Assembly: GCF_009914755.1 (NCBI RefSeq)
Contig: NC_060944.1
Strand: one strand, 5' to 3'
From: the human T2T-CHM13v2.0 reference genome, Homo sapiens
Length of the DNA: 64,000 nt
Shown here: one piece after another, positions 57,134 through 64,000 of the stretch
Position numbering within the stretch: the stretch's first letter is position 1
Layout: each line of letters opens with the position of its first letter
Position numbers and translations under genes: made by a program
Notes under the pieces: model-generated
The model's input: the letters and a program-made list of their open reading frames with translations, nothing else
Database searches by the model: none
What the model was told of the DNA's origin: nothing

Positions 57134-60017
57134 AAAAGAATCAACTCATATACACACAAACATAAAAAGGTCTATATCACACAATTATTTTAAATAGCTG
57201 TAAGTGGTTTGCTCTTTTCCATTTTTTTCTCCTCCTTCTCCCCCTACCACCCCTATTTTTTGTCGTTTTCTCTTCCTTCTTTTAAAAATATAATTTTCTA
57301 AACCATACAGGTCAGGTCAGATTTTATTACCTCTAGCCAAAAGTGGTTTTAAGAATAAAGAGCAAAGAGCAAGTATCCTTATCTTTATGCTGTTTGACAG
57401 ACTATGTAAATAAACAGCATGCCATAAGAAATTCTACAGATGGAGTTATCATAGCAGTGAAAAACTGCACAGATTATGCTCTCCTTATGGTATTTACTCA
57501 TTTTTGTGTGATGAATGTATGCAAGAAGTCATCATTAGAGAACATAATGGTCGCTGATGATGTATTTATGACATGGAAAGATGTCATGTGATGAAGTGTT
57601 TACAACCTATAATGAGGTTGTGTAACAATCTCTTTACAGCCCACAATTACATTGACTAATTCCTTATAAAAATACTCAACAGTATGCTCTCCATGTGCAC
57701 GTGCTTGATATCACAGCACTTTAGTAACTGACACCTATAACTGCAAAATCAAGCAGCTTGGATGACTCAATAGTCTGTTTCCTATCCAAGGCACATAAAA
57801 GATCCTAGGTGTTTAGTTAGTATACTCCAATAAATTCCTCTTATTGGAGGTGACTCGAGTAAGTAACACTGGCATATGTGTCAATATCCTTAAGGGTTGG
57901 AGAATTTGAGAGGCAAATTTACCCCTGAAATAATCATTAGTGTAATTTCTTTTTGTTGTAATGATGGGAGAAGTATACATATCTGCACTCTGACATCCAG
58001 GAAAATATTTGTACCTGATCTTCCACATCGGTCCCTTATCTGGACCTTATCCCTTATTTCACTAATTAGTGAGCAATATGACTCAAATGAGGTCCCTAAA
58101 TTTAAAAATGTAGGACAGAAATACCTTCCATATGAAGTTGTGAATAATCTGTATTGTATATAACTACAAAGATGAGTTAGACAGCTGGGGAGCTGGAGTT
58201 GTTAAGTGGCTAAAAGGTTGAGGTTCAGGACCTGAAATGAGTCCCTGAACCTCTTACCAGGAAGTGAGCTTCAAGATGTAGGTGAGAAAATTCTGGAGCA
58301 ATCCGGTAGATGTGTAAAAATTTGAAGGAAAATGAGAAAATAGGATGATGAGCAGACACAGAAAGAGGGGGTAGGATGTAGAAATACCATCTACTAAACT
58401 TTCATCAGAATATGAATAAGCAGTTGAAAGTGGTTCTAATCCAAGGGAAGTAAATGGGTTCTCAGACTAATAAAAATTAGTCCACATACTTTGAAGAGAA
58501 AGACAAAGTAGGGTTAAAATATTTAGTCTGGAAATATACAAAGAAGTGTAATGTAGGTAAACTGGTTTAAGAGTAGGTAAACTACACAAAACTAATTGAA
58601 ATGTTATTATGTTGAAAGGGTTTAATTCTTTTCAACAGATGATGATAGACACCACAAGATTTTAATAACACACAGAATGTGGCTAATCCCATATAATAAG
58701 ACTAAATAATATAACACTGACAGGAAGTGAATATGACCTGGTGATATGATTATGTCTTGCATTTACTTACATCTTTATGATTTCCAAAACACTTCTCATA
58801 ACTTAATCAAACTTCAGAATAGTCCAGGACATGAGCTAGAAGAGACATGTTTGTTTGTTTATTTTATTTTTTAAAGGTAGAAAGTAAGAGCCTTAGAAGT
58901 AAAACAATCACTTTAAGGTCTTGGAAGGAATTAATGGGGGAGGTCATAGACTCTCTTTCCTCATCCAAAGAGGATGAAAAAAATAACCATTTCCTGAGGC
59001 ATTGTGGAGGTACCGAGTGGCCCATGGCCAATCTAACATACCAACTGGAGACACTTAACTCAAAGCAGCTCCACACATGCAGAGAGGGCACCACAGGGAA
59101 TGTGATGGTTTTTGTTTTTCTCGACTTGCTCCAAGACAAAAAACAGCTAATGTGGAAGCAAAACAATAGAGCTACAAAAGAAGACCCGCCATGAAAATGG
59201 TGTTAACCTGAGTTTCAATGTCTAGTAGAAAGGGCCAGCAGGGCATGTCCTTTATATGGCTCATGGGACAGAAACATCTCATTAACACCATCACATGGTA
59301 TTTAGTCTTCACCACAAAATAATGTATTTCAACAATATCAGAAATGTCACTGGTTTTTTAGAGATTGATTATTCTACTCCTCCATGTCCCCCTGGTTTTT
59401 TCTGACCCCAGACCTCCAAGAAACTTTGAAAAGGACTCTGCATAAATAGGAGCAACTGGATTTGAACAGATAATTTGGATTTGAAGACTAACAGGGTTCT
59501 TGACAGTAATACATTAGGGCAATTTAGCTGAAACGCTCTGCTTATTATTTTGTCTGATTCTACCATGAAAGTTTTATAAAGTCATTTTACTTTGATTCAT
59601 TCCAAGAAGTCCTAGGAATCCAACAGTATTCACAGAAAAGGAGACCAGTGGTGTCTTCACGGCTCAGTTGTTGTGATGCATTTTCGTCTGGACTTATGTG
59701 CTACTCATTTCTGAGTTACGTGTTTCATAATAAGCAAGTGGGCAAGTTTTAATGGCATCTTATGGTAAGGTGGAACAATGTCTTAGGTAGGGAAAAAAAG
59801 GGATGGTGCTGCTCCACATTTAGATTGCTATTCCTGGTATTCTAGATAATAAGAATAGGAACACTCCTTGGTCTGCTGAGAGGGAGCAGAGATTTTTTGA
59901 TTAGGCTCTTTTTCTGTGTGGACAAGCAATGAGAAGCATGGGATTTGCTGCAGTGACCAGTTATCCAAAAAGGAGGACAAATGTAGTGGGAGAAGATGAC
60001 ATAAGAAGAGAAATATA

Positions 60018-60263
60018 GACCAGGCATGGTGGCTTACGCCTGTAATCCCAGCACTTTGGGAGGCCGAGGTGGGTAGATCACCTGAGGTCAGGTGTTCGAG
60101 ACCAGCCTGGCCAACACAGCAAAACCTCATCTCTACCAAAAATACAAAAATGAGCCAGGCATGTTGGCACACACCTGTAATCTCAGCTACTCAGGAAGCT
60201 GAGGCAGGAGAATCACTTGAACCTAGGAGGCAGAGGTCGTGGCTTCACTAAAAAAAAAAAAAA
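60018..60263 (+). mobile_element. AluS lacking the distal right arm but keeping tail and TSD
   Basis: Perfect 15-bp TSD AAGAAGAGAAATATA at 60003 and 60262; Alu homology ends at GGCAGAGGT. Confidence 0.95.
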
Positions 60264-61264
60264 GAAGAGAAATATAAAATTTAAATAGCACTAATGGTAT
60301 ATGTGGTTAGCAAGGCGACTGAGGAGGAAGAGTCACTGATAGGTACAAAGGCTGGAGCAGTTTCTTCTGATTTTAAATATTATTATAAATTTGTGGTTTA
60401 TTTTTCATTTGAATCTCCAATGAAATTAACGGAATTTCTTTTGAAATTTATGTAGGAGTATAAAAAATTTTAAAAATCTATTTGACATTGACTTTTGATT
60501 GTTGCCTCATCTTAAACTTCAGAGAGAAATATTCAATTTCCTCCTCAAAGCCAACATCCTATTCTGACAAAGGCAGAATATTTCACTAGCACTTTACCTT
60601 ATCCAGGAAGCATTCTGAAATTCTGAGTTATGAAAACGACGGTCTTTTCACATTTATGTTTGTAGCACCCTGAAAAGGAATACATGTTGCAAAACTTTTA
60701 ACCTGTAGGAATCTTGAGACTCTCACATATGATCCCCCAATTAAGAATATCAAAATTGAAAGTAGAGGAGAGAGGGAACAAAAGATGACTTGAATTAATA
60801 GAAATTACTGTTAAAATGTAAAGTATTTAGTATTGGATCTTAATTTGTCCAAAATATTTATTAAGAACCTTTTCACATATCAGGTGATAGATGCCAAGGA
60901 GAAGCAACCGAAACCAGTATTTGAGAACCTCAGCCTAAATTGCCAATTTTGGTTTTCTTTTAATTAGAATGATATAGATCAAGTTCTATTCATTTGCCTC
61001 TAAGGTATCTCCAAAACCAAACTAAGTATTGAGTTATTTTGTAATTTCCTTGAAGAATCCAACCCATTTCAGTATTTTTACGATAAGCACAAGAAGACTC
61101 TGTTTTGTCTTGACTTTGGAGAGTGAAGCTTGCTTCCATGTGCATAATTTCTGTTCTGCTGTCGTAAATGATCCTCCATTGTCAGAGTCCATCTTTAGAG
61201 CTCACAACAGTTTATAGTTTCAGCAAATAATAGTTTCATACCACTTTATCACATGCAAAATGCT

Positions 61265-61410
61265 TTTCAAATTATTTTATACTCATTCATTATTCCCTTG
61301 TTATGGATGAGTTAAATTGAAGTTTAGAAATGCTAAGTAACTTCCTTAAGGATTCACAATGAATAGGCGGTAGACCTAGGAATGGAGTCTATCTATGCTT
61401 GGACTTTCTA
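61265..61410 (-). mobile_element. MIR
   Basis: TTATTCCC..GTTATGGATGAG..AATTGAAGTTTAGAAATGCTAAGTAACTT. Confidence 0.65.
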
Positions 61411-63084
61411 CTGCACCTCGCAGCGTGCAAGTAATACAAACGCCCTTCATACCTTGCATCCTGCTCCAGTTTGTTGTCACTGATTTCTCATTATTTACCT
61501 TATTGAAAAATGCCTCATTGAGAAACAGGCAAAAGGAATATTGTGGGTAGAAAGTTTGAGGGATTAGAGAAGTAATGACAAATGTATCTTAACCAAGTCT
61601 TGAATAGATGACCTGTACTACATAGTTATTTTCCTTGGAAAATATTTCAAAATTTAAAAACTTATTTTTGACATTTCACATCTAAATATCTAGAGTAGTT
61701 TGAAGGGTTTTCTTTATTTCTTTTATTTGTCACAAAGTCAATAAAATTAAATTCCGTTGTGGTTTTAATTTTATTCCAGAAAGGAAAAAAACAAAATGAT
61801 TTGTGTTTCAAAGATAAATAAGAACTTAGATCATGCTGTGGATTGAAACTCCAACCCTGTTGAAAGAAAGGGGTCTCCTGAACTTTAGTGGACCTTGTTT
61901 GTCAGCCTTACTCCCAACCTTGGGGCATGGCCTCTTGACATAACCTACTGAAGGTAAGAGGCTGAGGGAAGGAGACAGGCCAGAAGGCAGAGAAACCATA
62001 TGCCAGCCAGTCTCAAGAAGAGAAGTGAAATGAAGCTTTCTAAGTCCAAGGGCCTGCTTTTTACAGCTCATCAGGCTTAGGGCAATTGCCAAAAAGGGAA
62101 AAAAAAGATCCCCATTAGGCACAACCTAAGTATTTTTAATTTTAAAAAGTCAGTAAAAGAAAAAGAGTCCAGAATCCAGTTTTTGTGGCAGCAAGTACAT
62201 CATTTGAATTTGTTTTTAGTTTAAAATTGTTATGCCTTATGTTTTAAGTTTAATGTTCATTTGAGTGAGTACTTTAAGTGTTGCTATCATATTCAGTGTC
62301 CATAAGTTTGTGAAAATGCTTAAAAAGCCATCAAAGTTTTTGTGAGACAACTGAGAGAAACTTAGTTTGGAATGTTTCCCTGATTTATTTATTACTTTTC
62401 AGAAAGTACATTACAATCAAGCAGGTATTACCCTAATCGAAAGAAATATATACCACTGGAGCTTGAAAGGGTAATTTTTTTTGGTTTTCCCAAGTTTTAT
62501 TGCAATAATTCAATTTATGATAATCAATAAAATGTGTGAGCCAAGTTTATTGAGGTGTCAACTTCCCATTGCATAATTTCCCCTGAGAATCTTAATTTTT
62601 AATTCAAAAAGAAAGTGGAAGATTTGTCGTACAGATGCCAATGAATGTGTGGGGTTAAGGAAAGCACAAGACCCTTTACAGAAATCAAAGTGGGGTTTAA
62701 AACAATTCCCTTATCACTTCTTCCCATATCCTTTAGCTCACCATTAATTTTCCAGGGGAATAAGTTCTTGAAATGGTCAAGATGTAGGTCTTTTTCCTAG
62801 ATTGCTGAAAGAGATATTGGACAGTAAGATCTGGTCAACAGTCAAGAGTATTCAGGGGTGGAGAATATTATGGTTGGCTTACAAATGTCGGACAATAAAA
62901 GGAAGTAAGTCTATAGTTTGACTATAGGCTTAATTTACGACCATACATACACCAGTGTTAAAATAGAAGGTGAGTCCTCATGGACTTAAGAAATGAGGCT
63001 AAAAGCCCAACTAATGAAGATGAAGACATTTATTGGTAACATGCAGATTTTTTTCTTTTTTGGTAATGGTTATATAATAAATAC

Positions 63085-63587
63085 ATTAGATTGGTCACAA
63101 AAATATCCTGATTCTTTGCCCCTCTCTATATCTGATCTCTTTGCAATGTAAACTTTTAGCTCTGCCCATCAAGAGGGAAGTCTATCTCCCCAGCCCTTGA
63201 ATCTGGATTGACCTTGTGACTTGTTTGGCCAAGAGAAGAATACAGGAGAAGTGACCGTGTGCCAATTCCAAGCCTAGGCTTCAAAGGGCCTTGTGCATTT
63301 TTATACCACGTGGCAGAACCCTACCCAACCACTGTTAAACAAGTCTAAACTAGGCTTGTGGAAGATGAGAGACCACATTCAGCAGAGATAAGTTTTTGTA
63401 GCTGAGGGCATCCTAAACTAGCCAGTTTCCAACCAACTGAGTAGTTGACCACAGACAAATGAGTGAAAGCAGTCAAGGCAAGAACCACGCAGCTGACTGG
63501 TAGACTTGTGCCCAATGATAAACACTGATGGTTTTAAAACACTGAATCTGGTGGTGGTTTGTTACACAGAAATAGCTAACTGATACA
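63085..63587 (+). mobile_element. MLT1H/G-like MaLR LTR
   Basis: CCCATCAAGAGG..AGTCTAT...CCCTTGAATCTGG...GTGCCAATTCCAAGCCTAGGC ... GGTTTGTTACACAGAAATAGCTAACTGATACA. Confidence 0.82.
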
Positions 63588-63763
63588 ATGTATGAGTCAT
63601 ATATTTAGGAACTAACATCAGACCTGATTTCTGGATTCTAGATACTAAGAATTAATAATATAAAAACCACCATTTACTGATTGAGCACTAACTAGGTATG
63701 AAGCGATGAGCTAAATGTCTTTTCTGCTCTGTGATGAATGACACCCTTAGGGGTTCACATTTG

Positions 63764-64000
63764 GTACTATGAGTTGAAATGCCGAGATGGTGAAATTCTG
63801 ACCCCCAGTACCTAAGAGTGTAAACTTATTTGGAAATAGGGCTTTACAGAGGTAATCAAGTTAAAATGAGGTCATTAAGGTAGACTCTAATCAATATGAC
63901 TGGCTGTCTTATAAACAAGCAAGATTTGAACACAAAACCGGAGACACAGGAAAGATGATGTAAAATTACATGGGGAGAAGATGGTCATGTGACTGGAGAT
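63764..64000 (+). mobile_element. MLT1B-like MaLR LTR, cut by window end
   Basis: ACCCCCAGTACCTAAGAGTGT..CTTATTTGGAAATAGGG...GAGGTAATCAAGTTAAAATGAGGTCATT. Confidence 0.88.

Overview
This is primate (human-like) non-coding genomic DNA, intronic or intergenic and AT-rich. I see no CpG island, no supportable protein-coding exon, and no tRNA, rRNA, snRNA or CRISPR feature. The window holds 22 Alus (AluJ, S and Y types) plus L1, L2, MIR, MaLR/ERVL LTR and hAT DNA-transposon fossils, often nested. The ORF track is explained by Alu/L1 translations and chance ORFs. I found no new gene-encoded system. The most notable structure is a cluster of template-switch scars at 34.1-35.4 kb. It comprises an Alu with a 49-bp internal duplication whose filler is a perfect 21-nt inverted copy of sequence 1.2 kb away, next to a nested AT-rich palindrome with ~85-bp arms and a perfect 25-bp hairpin. 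Other notable items are a twin-primed inverted L1PB, a local duplication spanning an LTR/MER113 junction, two closely spaced inverted AluY pairs, a 3'-truncated AluY marking a deletion, and a few candidate regulatory motif clusters and splice signals. Repeat subfamily calls come from remembered consensus motifs, not a RepeatMasker run. Boundaries of old elements are approximate and the locus is not identified.
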